A stretch of DNA of 61,817 nucleotides, counting the filler, from Nemertoderma westbladi (taxonomy: Eukaryota; Animalia; Xenacoelomorpha): the NCBI GenBank assembly GCA_032718475.1. It is 4 parts of 4 records of this genome, joined end to end, with 100 filler letters (N's around TTAATTAATTAA, not from the genome) between each part and the next. Parts side by side here need not be neighbours in the genome. Positions count along the whole stretch, not along the records: positions 46,280 to 55,766 come from JAUCBJ010003526.1; positions 55,867 to 61,817 come from JAUCBJ010003716.1; 2 more parts are not named here. The stretch is one strand, 5' to 3'. The stretch's first letter is position 1. The number at the start of each line of letters is the position of its first letter. The notes beneath the pieces are model-generated. The model searched no databases. It worked only from the letters and a program-made list of their open reading frames with translations, and was not told the DNA's origin. Below are positions 51,308 through 61,817 of this stretch, one piece after another. A program made the translations under genes and the position numbers.

Positions 51308-52404
51308 GTCCTAGCCACAAACCGTTATACAAGATGCGAGTGGTCCTGGGACGGCGTTTCTTCCCGTCTGTCGAGGCCGGGAGCCGGAGGGAGGCGAGGC
51401 GGGAAGCCGCGTCCATCGCGTTAAAGATAATCGCGTACGAGGAAAGGTTCGCCTCCGAGGGAGTCGAGGTAATGCCAGATATCGCGTTGCTAGACAACGC
51501 CCCGGTCCCGGGTCCCAACGGGGTCGAGTACCCCAACCTGAAGACGATGCTCGCCGCAATGGATAAAACCGCGGTGAGTGTAGTGCACGAGCTGAGCCAG
51601 CTTTCCGGGGAGGAGTGCGTGTTCGAGGAGTTGGGGGAGGCAACCAGTACCAGTGTCCGCACCTTCTTTATTTGCGTATTACTAGGCAACCGAATGTTCC
51701 CGGTCGTCTCCTGTGGGAATAAGAAGAGCGGAAGGACGTTGGCCGCGGAGAAGACGCTGATTGCGATGATCGCGGATGGGTTGTGGACGCCGACTAACCG
51801 CGCGCTACCGTTGGAGCAGGTCGGCGAGGAACTCCGTTCCTTCCACGACGAGGTCTGTCTGCTCGCGCATAACCGCTACGCCGAGGTCGCCAAGTCGCTG
51901 TCGGACCCAACCGGGGCCTCCGGGAAGAAGAACCTTGCGGCCTTCGTCGTGCGTCACGGGATCGCCGACAAGGGGACCGTGGTTGCCCTGGGGACCGGTA
52001 GTCGCGCTCTCCCGACCTCGCTGACGCCCCCCAGTGACGGCTCCGTGGTTATCGACTCGCACGCTATCGTCGTCGCTCGTCGCAGCTTCCAGCGCTACCT
52101 CTACAACCAACTCGCCGCCGCCATCGACACTCCCCCCCGCTCAATCTTCGTACACAAGTCGCTCACTGTATTCGCGCTTAAGGATAACATCAGCTTCCAT
52201 CTGTACACATCGAACGCCCCTTGCGGCGATGCCTCGCAGTTCCCCAGTAAGGAGTGCGACGACCCACCCAGAGAGAAGGACGGCGCCTTCGAACCGGAGC
52301 AGTTACACGCGCCAAAGTTCACTCAGCCAGACCACGGCGCCTTACGGTTGAAGAAAAACGATGGGGGGATGGCGACAGTAGCAGTTAATGAAGTCACCAA
52401 TGAG
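51308..52404 (+). CDS. ADAD: ADAD/ADAR-family protein, exon 2: dsRBD1 end, dsRBD2 and N-half of the deaminase (editase) domain
   Basis: Acceptor CACTAAT..CCTTCCATTCCAG|GT. dsRBD motifs SRREARREAA and NKKSGRTLAA. Deaminase motifs LAAFV, VVALGTG, DSHAIVVARRSF and FHLYTSNAPCGDA. Donor GAG|GTGAGT, phase 0. Confidence 0.9.
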
Positions 52405-54545
52405 GTGAGTTAATTAGGTCACTGATGAGGTGAGTTAATTAGGTCTCTGATGAGGTGAGTTAATTAGGTCACTAATGAGGTGAGTTAATTAGGTCTCCAA
52501 TGTAATGAGGTGATTTAATTAGGTCACTAATGAGGTGAGTTAATTAGGTCTCTAATGTAATGAGGTGATTTAATTAGGCCACTAATGAGGTGAGTTAATT
52601 AGGTCACTGATGAGGTGAGTTAATTAGGTCACTGATGAGGTGAGTTAATTTGGTCACTAATGAGGTGAGTTAATTAGGTCACTGATGAGGTGAGTTAATT
52701 AGGTCTCTAATGTAATGAGGTGATTAATTAGGTCACTGATGAGGTGAGTTAATTAGGGTCACTGATGAGGTGAGTTAATTAGGTCTCTAATGTAATGAGG
52801 TAATTTAATTAGGTCACTGATGAGGTGAGTTAATTAGGTCTCTAATGTAATGAGGTGATTTAATTAGGCCACTAATGAGGTGAGTTAATTAGGTCACTGA
52901 TGAGGTGAGTTAATTTGGTCACTAATGATGTGAGTTAATTAGGCCACTAATGAGGTGAGTTAATTTGGTCACTGATGAGGTGAGTTAATTAGGTCACTGA
53001 TGAGGTGAGTTAATTAGGTCACTGATGAGGTGAGTTAATTTGGTCACTAATGAGGTGAGTTAATTAGGTCACTGATGAGGTGAGTTAATTAGGTCTCTAA
53101 TGTAATGAGGTGATTTAATTAGGTCACTGATGAGGTGAGTTAATTAGGTCTCTATCGTAATGAGGTGATTTAATTAGGCCACTAATGAGGTGAGTTAATT
53201 AGGTCACTGATGAGGTGAGTTAATTACGTCACTGATGAGGTGAGTTAATTAGGTCACTAATGAGGTGAGTTAATTAGGTCACCAATGAGGTGAGTTAATT
53301 AGGTCACTGATTGAGGTGAGTTAATTTGGTCACTGATGAGGTGAGTTAACTAGGTCACTGATGAGGTGAGTTAATTTGGTCACTAATGAGGTGAGTTAAT
53401 TAGGTCACTGATGAGGTGAGTTAATTAGGTCTCTAATGTAATGTGGTGATTTAATTAGGTCACTGATGAGGTGAGTTAATTAGGTCTCTAATGTAATGAG
53501 GTGATTTAATTAGGTCACTAATGAGGGGAGTTAATTAGGTCACTGATGAGGTGAGTTAATTAGGTCACTTAAGAGGTGAGTTAATTAGGTCACTGAAGAG
53601 GTGAGTTAATTAGGTCACTGATGAGGTGAGTTAATTAGGTCACTGATGAGGTGAGTTAATTTGGTCACTAATGAGGTGAGAGTTAATTAGGTCACCAATG
53701 AGGTGAGTTAATTAGGTCACTAATGAGGTGAGTTAATTAGGTCACTAATGAGGTGAGTTAATTAGGTCACTGATGAGGTGAGTTAATTTGGTCACTAATG
53801 AGGTGAGTTAATTAGGTCACCAATGAGGTGAGTTAATTAGGTCACTGAGAGGTGAGTTAATTAGGTCACTGATGAGGTGAGTTAATTTGGTCACTAATGA
53901 GGTGAGAGTTAATTAGGTCACCAATGAGGTGAGTTAATTAGGTCACTAATGAGGTGAGTTAATTAGGTCACTAATGAGGTGAGTTAATTAGGTCACTGAT
54001 GAGGTGAGTTAATTTGGTCACTAATGAGGTGAGTTAATTAGGTCACCAATGAGGTGAGTTAATTAGGTCACTGAGAGGTGAGTTAATTAGGTCACTAATG
54101 AGGTGAGTTAATTAGGTCACTGATGAGGTGAGTTAATTAGGTCACTGATGAGGTGAGTTAATTTGGTCACTGATGAGGTGAGTTAATTTGGTCACTGATG
54201 AGGTGAGTTAATTAGGTCACTAATGAGGTGAGTTAATTAGGTCACTGATGAGGTGAGTTAATTTGGTCACTGATGAGGTGAGTTAATTAGGTCTCTAATG
54301 TAATGACGTGATTTAATTAGGTCACTGATGAGGTGAGTTAATTAGGTCTCTAATGTAATGATGTGATTTAATTAGGTCACTAATGGGGTGAGTTAATTAG
54401 GTCGGTAATGAGGGAGTTAATTTGGTCACTGATGAGGTGAGTTAATTTGGTCTCTGATGAGGTGAGTTAATTAGGTCACTAAATGGGGTGAGTTAATTAG
54501 GTCGGTAATGAGGGAGTTAATTTGGTCACTGATGAGGTGAGTTAA
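52393..54545 (+). repeat. 25-bp tandem array (~80-85 copies) of the exon 2/intron 2 junction
   Basis: Unit GTCACTRATGAG|GTGAGTTAATTAG. The first unit is the real exon end (GTC ACC AAT GAG) plus donor; 30-bp variants are interspersed. Confidence 0.95.
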
Positions 54546-54654
54546 ATCGCTGAGGAGGGAATAATTAAGTTGCTAACAGGGTGAGTTGATAATGTCACTA
54601 GTGTTGTTTTATATTAATTTGCGGTACAACTATTATGATTATTTGTCTCTGAAG

Positions 54655-55245
54655 GTAATGATAAACCCGACTATGTCGTGCAGCGATAAACTCCTTAAGT
54701 GGGACGTGCTGGGGGTGCAGGGCGCGTTGCTGACCCACTTCCTCGAGCAACCAGTCTACCTGGCCTCCATCTCGGTGGGTAATCTCTACAGCCACGGACA
54801 CATGAGTCGGGCCACCTGCTGCCGACTGGTCTGGTTGGACGAGACGGTCGCTAAGCGACTGCCTGACCCGTACTTGGTGAACCATCCCACGTTGGGTAGG
54901 ATCTCGAGGTTCGAGGGGCAACGCGAGACGGAGAAGGCGAAGGCGGTTAGTTTCAACTGGGAGAGCGAGGACGTCTCCTTCGAGATAGTAGACCCCCAGA
55001 CTGGGCGGGAGCTAGGCAACCCAAAGCAGCAGTCGCGCCTCTGTAAGAATCACATGTTCAATTACTTCAAGAGGATGTGCCAGAAGATTGGGGTGAACCC
55101 GTTGGAAGGATCCACCACCTACAGCGACGCCAAGAACCTCGCCGTCAGTTACCAGGAAGCCAAGAAACTACTGTACGATACCATGGTAACCAAGAACTTC
55201 GGGCAGTGGGTCACCAAACCCAAGGTGGTCTCGCAGTTTACTTGA
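54655..55245 (+). CDS. ADAD: ADAD/ADAR-family protein, exon 3: C-half of the deaminase domain
   Basis: Acceptor TTTGTCTCTGAAG|GTA in phase 0 (exact site inferred). Motifs [47 protein letters not shown] and WVTKP. Joined CDS is 2199 nt = 732 aa. Confidence 0.88.
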   Translation, partial: VMINPTMSCSDKLLKWDVLGVQGALLTHFLEQPVYLASISVGNLYSHGHMSRATCCRLVWLDETVAKRLPDPYLVNHPTLGRISRFEGQRETEKAKAVSFNWESEDVSFEIVDPQTGRELGNPKQQSRLCKNHMFNYFKRMCQKIGVNPLEGSTTYSDAKNLAVSYQEAKKLLYDTMVTKNFGQWVTKPKVVSQFT

Positions 55246-55766
55246 GCTTCCCAGGTACGTTAAACTAGAATCAATTGATGGGAATGTTAAGTTATTGGAA
55301 CAGAACTAAAAGCTAATAAATCAACGATCGTTCTTATTGATATTCTGTTCGAACTTACTGGTTTTATCGTTTTACTTATATTTACTTCAACCGTTTGATT
55401 TACCTTTCAGCTGATTTGTTACCGACCTAATGGTCGCCCTTGTGGTAAATAATACCAGCTATCAGCGTCATTGTCTGTCTGTTTGACTAGGTCTGACACG
55501 ACACTGTTATTCCACCTCAGCCAGCATATACAGTTGTGTTTTTTTCTGATTTATGTTTTATACCTCCAACATTAATCAACCTGGGTACCTAACCAATCGG
55601 TTGATATTATCGCCGAATACTGAGTTATTATCTCTGATATTATTTAGTGTTACCACAGCGTTATACTTTGTTTGTGCATATTTGAGACTCGTAAAATCCA
55701 AAGACAGACCGTAAGATATCTCTTGTCGGGGTTAAATGTTCCAATTTCATATTCTAATATGTTCAA

Positions 55767-55866
55767 NNNNNNNNNNNNNNNNNNNNNNNNNNNNNNNNNN
55801 NNNNNNNNNNTTAATTAATTAANNNNNNNNNNNNNNNNNNNNNNNNNNNNNNNNNNNNNNNNNNNN
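55767..55866. other. Assembly gap (100-bp spacer)
   Basis: N run with TTAATTAATTAA. Confidence 0.97.
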
Positions 55867-57653
55867 TTGAAATTTTGAGAGTGTTTTCAATTTGATCATA
55901 GCTCATTCGCTAAATCTCCAAAATTAAAATGTGGAAGTACTAGGTTAGATCCTGGATCAGGACTTTTTGTTTAATCTTAAATGCATAATTAAAGTTAAGA
56001 TAGTTTTGTTTACCATTATCTTGTAACACTACTTCATATTAATATGAATATTATAATATATATGTAGGCTATACACCACACTACTACATATATTTTGGAA
56101 TAGGATACATCCTGAAAGGGACAACCAACTCCTCTATATTTTTTATACAGTAACACGAACTGAATTTCCAAATATTTCATTAAATTTTTATAAATTTTGC
56201 CTTCAACTTTTTACTAAATAATCTATTTGAGAAATATGAACTTCTGAAATAGGGACTCAACCTACAAATTTGTTACACCGGTTCGACCCCCCCCCCCCCC
56301 CCACAGTCATCTAAGTTCCATTTCGATGTAAAAGTATTTCATTTAAATATCCGTTATTCTAAAATAAAAACATTTCTTTCAAATGTCCTTTTCAATAACG
56401 TCAAAATAATAGTAAATTTTGTATATCAACTCGCTCAAAAAAAATTATAATCCTCTCAGATATCTTTATATTCCGCTCTGACAATTTTATGATCCAATAA
56501 CATAACTTTATATTCCGGTCACACAAATATATATTGCGGTGACTCAACATTTTTGGTAGTCATATAATATATATTTATACGATGATTTATGGTGACTAAA
56601 TTATTGTATTATTCACTATATAATAATTATTTGGAAGAAAACTGTAATATTATGGGTAAATGTGAATAACAAAGGACATTGTAAAACAAATCATCAGTCT
56701 TCATGGATACCGTAGAACTGCGATACATTAGCCACACAATGTTTGATCTGCTGTTTAATCCGTTGATATGTTTCGCCTAGCAACCGTGGTGGACCCATAT
56801 CCACTACGTTAGGGACCTTACGCTGAATGTTGCACTCTAAGTAGCTAAACACGGGAAACCACGAGAATATTCGAATATCCCGCGCATTAAATACCACCAT
56901 TGTATTGGCCATAGCGTGATAATACAGAAATATTCTGAATGTTACCACAAGGGCGATGATGACGTCTATCGTATAATGCGCATGCGCGGCTAAGATAAAG
57001 AAGACGCCAAACATCATCAGTGACCATGACAACGTGTGCAGCCAATAGGATTTCACCGGGCTGTATTCGTTAATGAATAGGTTGAGCGTTGATAGGGTTA
57101 CCGTGTGTCCACTGAACATAAAGTCTCCGCAAGTCTCCACGCCACTCAGACTCATTCCCATTCCTCGCCATATGTCTACAGCATGTCTGTGGGGTAAATA
57201 GATGATGACGTCATAATTATAAGGTTTAAAGATTTAAAAAGTTTCTAATTAAAGATAATTTAGAAATTTGTAATATTCAATTTTATAAATTTGCAAATTG
57301 TGAAGATTGTGAAATATATTATTCAATGGTTGTAAAAAATATAAATAATGTTTCTCCTTCTATATAATATATGCGGAGAAATATTTTCTCTTTATATAGT
57401 CGAGTTCATACCTCAACTAATTCTATTGTACGAGCTTATTTGACTTCTACAAGTATATACCTCTATTATTATTGACCGTTGGAATATTGTGTTGGGCGGT
57501 TTTCTAACGTGAACTTAATTATTGTGTGATAGAGGCGCCCGTATTATTTTGTTACGTACATGTAAATTATATTCATTTGTGCTAATAATGTAATATGTAC
57601 AATGGGCTACGGCCAGAGCAATAAAAATTACAATACAATACAATAATTAATTA
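55867..57653. repeat. ~1.8-kb direct duplicate of 59981-61770
   Basis: Essentially identical by eye apart from poly-C length; starts right at a gap. Confidence 0.9.
56694..57186 (-). CDS. SAMD8: Duplicate of the SMSr/SAMD8-like terminal exon (duplication or assembly artefact)
   Basis: Translation identical to 60810-61302. It keeps the acceptor CCCCACAG| but lacks the adjacent upstream exon. Confidence 0.5.
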
Positions 57654-57802
57654 TTAGCTAAACACGGGAAACCACGAGAATATTCGAATATCCCGCGCAT
57701 TAAATACCACCATTGTATTGGCCATAGCGTGATAATACAGAAATATTCTGAATGTTACCACAAGGGCGATGATGACGTCTATCGTATAATGCGCATGCGC
57801 GG
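57654..57802 (-). pseudogene. Third, internal fragment of the SMSr terminal exon
   Basis: AAHAHYTIDVIIALVVTFRIFLYYHAMAN...WFPVFS, identical to part of the exon, with non-coding flanks. Confidence 0.75.
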
Positions 57803-58675
57803 CAACATTAACTATTAATAATACCGATAACTTCATAAGCGAACCAATCTTAATTTCATTTTCATTCACATTAATCAATTTAATTATTATAGCTTCACCA
57901 GTTACTAGCCAATGATTTCAAATTACAATGACGTATCTGTTGTCATATCTCAATCAAGACAAAGGCCTACGTGCGTTAGTTATTATTCTTATTTAACCTG
58001 CGTTTCAGACATGTCTGGTGTTATAAACTGCAAAAAATAATTTCTGCAATGCAAAGAAATTAAAGCTGTTAATTAAGTGAAAATAGCAAATGTTTGTTTA
58101 CCTCTTAAATTAGAAAGCTTAATTTAGTAAATTTGATAAAAAATGTCAAATATTGAAATATAATTAAGAAACATCTCTATTGATCACAAAATAGTGTTTA
58201 AATAGAACCGTCACCGAATATTCTAAAAACGCGAAAATCGGAGTGGAGAGGAAGCGAGCAGAGTGGAGTAGGGGGGGCGGGCCGTACCTGAAATCGCGAA
58301 GGGCCTGAGCGCGTGGGCGCGAGGATTGATTCAAGGTAAGAACCCGGGCCTTAAATGTGCAGGAAATTACCACGAACAATACCTTGGGTACTAGTGAACG
58401 GAAAGTGAAGTACCGGCGCAGCGGTAAGTCTCGTTTGCCTGACGTGAAATTCGGGCTCGGTTCAACCGTCTTCTTAAATCTTCAGCTCAGCAGCTCTCTT
58501 CATTTTTTTTTGATATTCTAGAACACCACACCACGTCCGCGCCAAACAACCCAAGTATAAAATGCTTTGAACCCATAGAACACGACTCTGCACAGGTTGA
58601 TCAGTTATCTACTGTACGATAGAAGTGGCATCCATAGTTTCTGCAGGGTGGGGATTGGTTTTCCATTAAGTTGTG

Positions 58676-59800
58676 AATGCGAGGTTGTACAATGCTTCGG
58701 TTATAAAGTGAGCATTTTATTTTTGAACCCTTAGGTCACCAATGGATTGACAATACATGGCGACAGTGCCGGATTAACCTTAAGGCATACAAGGCACGTA
58801 CGTGCCTTAGGGCCACCCGAAAATACGGGCCAATTTTTATCAGCGTTTCCCTTCTGTGAAAAAAGTATTTTATTTGAAAAAGGCTCGTTTTTTGAAAACG
58901 GCTCTTTATCAACTAACACGCACGAGTACAGTATACTTTATAAATGTATTATTGCTATTGCCTTAAACTTCTTAATAAATTAAGTTTAATATAATCAAAA
59001 ATTAATAATATTATAATAATATTTAATTTAACTCAACAATATATATATATAATTCCGGTTATAGCACCAAGAAACTCGTTATCAACCATAAAGTTGACCT
59101 TTGTATGTATATGTATACTGTATACTGTAATACTAACTCAACCAAAACTAAAAATAAATGTTATTTAATAGTTAAGATTAAAATTACTTCGGTTATAAAG
59201 TGAGCATTTTATTTTTGAACCCTTAGGTCACCAATGGATTGACAATACAGTGCCGGATTAACCTTAAGGCATACAAGGCACGTACGTGAATGCGAGGTTG
59301 TACAATGCTTCGGTTATAAAGTGAGCATTTTATTTTTGAACCCTTAGGTCACCAATGGATTGACAATACATGGCGACAGTGCCGGATTAACCTTAAGGCA
59401 TACAAGGCACGTACGTGCCTTAGGGCCACCCGAAAATACGGGCCAATTTTTATCAGCGTTTCCCTTCTGTGAAAAAAGTATTTTATTTGAAAAAGGCTCG
59501 TTTTTTGAAAACGGCTCTTTATCAACTAACACGCACGAGTACAGTATACTTTATAAATGTATTATTGCTATTGCCTTAAACTTCTTAATAAATTAAGTTT
59601 AATATAATCAAAAATTAATAATATTATAATAATATTTAATTTAACTCAACAATATATATATATAATTCCGGTTATAGCACCAAGAAACTCGTTATCAACC
59701 ATAAAGTTGACCTTTGTATGTATATGTATACTGTATACTGTAATACTAACTCAACCAAAACTAAAAATAAATGTTATTTAATAGTAAAGATTAAAATTAC
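58676..59800. repeat. Local direct duplication (period 613 bp) with a partial third copy; includes a CAGTGCCGGATTAA hAT-like end
   Basis: 58676-59187 matches ~59288-59800, and 59188-59287 is a shortened copy. Confidence 0.85.
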
Positions 59801-60809
59801 GAAAACCAGGCAAATTATTATTCCTAAAATCAAAACCATACTTACTTACTCAAAATATCCACCACCAAAACGTATAATACTGTATCAATTAATTCGCCAA
59901 ACTAACTTAAAGGCCTGTGTATAATTAATTAAGTCAGCTCTTTTCGTCTCTTTATCCACATTTCGATATTCGGAGTTACCTTGAAATTTTGAGAGTGTTT
60001 TCAATTTGATCATAGCTCATTCGCTAAATCTCCAAAATTAAAATGTGGAAGTACTAGGTTAGATCCTGGATCAGGACTTTTTGTTTAATCTTAAATGCAT
60101 AATTAAAGTTAAGATAGTTTTGTTTACCATTATCTTGTAACACTACTTCATATTAATATGAATATTATAATATATATGTAGGCTATACACCACACTACTA
60201 CATATATTTTGGAATAGGATACATCCTGAAAGGGACAACCAACTCCTCTATATTTTTTATACAGTAACACGAACTGAATTTCCAAATATTTCATTAAATT
60301 TTTATAAATTTTGCCTTCAACTTTTTACTAAATAATCTATTTGAGAAATATGAACTTCTGAAATAGGGACTCAACCTACAAATTTGTTACACCGGTTCGA
60401 CCCCCCCCCCCCCCCCCCACAGTCATCTAAGTTCCATTTCGATGTAAAAGTATTTCATTTAAATATCCGTTATTCTAAAATAAAAACATTTCTTTCAAAT
60501 GTCCTTTTCAATAACGTCAAAATAATAGTAAATTTTGTATATCAACTCGCTCAAAAAAAATTATAATCCTCTCAGATATCTTTATATTCCGCTCTGACAA
60601 TTTTATGATCCAATAACATAACTTTATATTCCGGTCACACAAATATATATTGCGGTGACTCAACATTTTTGGTAGTCATATAATATATATTTATACGATG
60701 ATTTATGGTGACTAAATTATTGTATTATTCACTATATAATAATTATTTGGAAGAAAACTGTAATATTATGGGTAAATGTGAATAACAAAGGACATTGTAA
60801 AACAAATCA

Positions 60810-61302
60810 TCAGTCTTCATGGATACCGTAGAACTGCGATACATTAGCCACACAATGTTTGATCTGCTGTTTAATCCGTTGATATGTTTCGCCTAGCAAC
60901 CGTGGTGGACCCATATCCACTACGTTAGGGACCTTACGCTGAATGTTGCACTCTAAGTAGCTAAACACGGGAAACCACGAGAATATTCGAATATCCCGCG
61001 CATTAAATACCACCATTGTATTGGCCATAGCGTGATAATACAGAAATATTCTGAATGTTACCACAAGGGCGATGATGACGTCTATCGTATAATGCGCATG
61101 CGCGGCTAAGATAAAGAAGACGCCAAACATCATCAGTGACCATGACAACGTGTGCAGCCAATAGGATTTCACCGGGCTGTATTCGTTAATGAATAGGTTG
61201 AGCGTTGATAGGGTTACCGTGTGTCCACTGAACATAAAGTCTCCGCAAGTCTCCACGCCACTCAGACTCATTCCCATTCCTCGCCATATGTCTACAGCAT
61301 GT
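60810..61302 (-). CDS. SAMD8: Sphingomyelin synthase-related protein (SMSr/SAMD8-like), terminal exon
   Basis: SMS motifs D3 (CGDFMFSGHT) and D4 (HYTIDV...FLYYH), plus IWRGMGMSLSGVETCGD and WFPVFSYLE typical of SMSr. Acceptor CAG at 61303, phase 2. Confidence 0.88.
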
Positions 61303-61773
61303 CTGTGGGGTAAATAGATGATGACGTCATAATTATAAGGTTTAAAGATTTAAAAAGTTTCTAATTAAAGATAATTTAGAAATTTGTAATATTCAATTTT
61401 ATAAATTTGCAAATTGTGAAGATTGTGAAATATATTATTCAATGGTTGTAAAAAATATAAATAATGTTTCTCCTTCTATATAATATATGCGGAGAAATAT
61501 TTTCTCTTTATATAGTCGAGTTCATACCTCAACTAATTCTATTGTACGAGCTTATTTGACTTCTACAAGTATATACCTCTATTATTATTGACCGTTGGAA
61601 TATTGTGTTGGGCGGTTTTCTAACGTGAACTTAATTATTGTGTGATAGAGGCGCCCGTATTATTTTGTTACGTACATGTAAATTATATTCATTTGTGCTA
61701 ATAATGTAATATGTACAATGGGCTACGGCCAGAGCAATAAAAATTACAATACAATACAATAATTAATTATCAC

Positions 61774-61817
61774 CTTATGTATTCGAATAATCCATCTGCA
61801 TAAGCCTCCGAGCTTCC
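61774..61817 (-). CDS. SAMD8: SMSr/SAMD8-like penultimate exon (partial, runs off the window)
   Basis: GSSEAYADGLFEYI-R with donor AAG|GTGATA at 61773; phase 2 matches the terminal exon (YIR-HAVDIW). Confidence 0.75.

Noticed and set aside
52393-54545. CRISPR-like array, or hammerhead / C-D box array (units contain CTGATGAG)
   Set aside because: There are no unique spacers or cas genes and the context is eukaryotic. There is no GAAA box or stems for a hammerhead, and the C/D-like words overlap rather than flank a guide.
24925-55866. Recurrent TTAATTAATTAA palindrome inside N runs (24969, 46224, 55811)
   Set aside because: Artificial scaffolding spacer with stops in six frames, identical in all three gaps.
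58410-58470. tRNA gene candidate (GGCGCAGCGGTAA...GGTTCAACC)
   Set aside because: A/B-box-like words are present but I could not build acceptor or T stems; at most a decayed SINE head.

Overview
Repeat-rich, AT-rich animal (invertebrate-type) genomic scaffold with GC-richer exons and three artificial 100-bp gaps. It contains three host genes. (1) A complete alpha-spectrin gene on the minus strand, ~2412 aa in only two coding exons, whose intron holds satellites and a tRNA/hammerhead-like element. (2) A three-exon ADAD/ADAR-family gene on the plus strand, ~732 aa, with a Pro/Gly-rich N-terminus, two dsRBDs and a deaminase domain lacking the catalytic Glu; its second intron is ~95% a 25-bp tandem amplification of its own exon/intron junction. 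(3) The 3' end of an SMSr/SAMD8-like sphingolipid synthase gene on the minus strand, with a duplicated last exon. The ~35 kb between spectrin and ADAD is nested transposon debris: a Merlin/IS1595-type element, a head-to-tail pair of DD35D pogo-type elements, RTE and CR1/L2 LINE fragments (one with a 2A-like motif), Helitron-like elements and several MITEs. The most notable observations are the splice-site array in the ADAD intron, pervasive TA-CCGG-TA/TA-GGCC-TA footprint-like insertions, a hammerhead-like core between Pol III A/B boxes, one 68-bp core shared by four unrelated TIR elements, and an unusual Ala at the head-group specificity position of SMSr. All analysis is by eye; no searches were run and the species cannot be identified.
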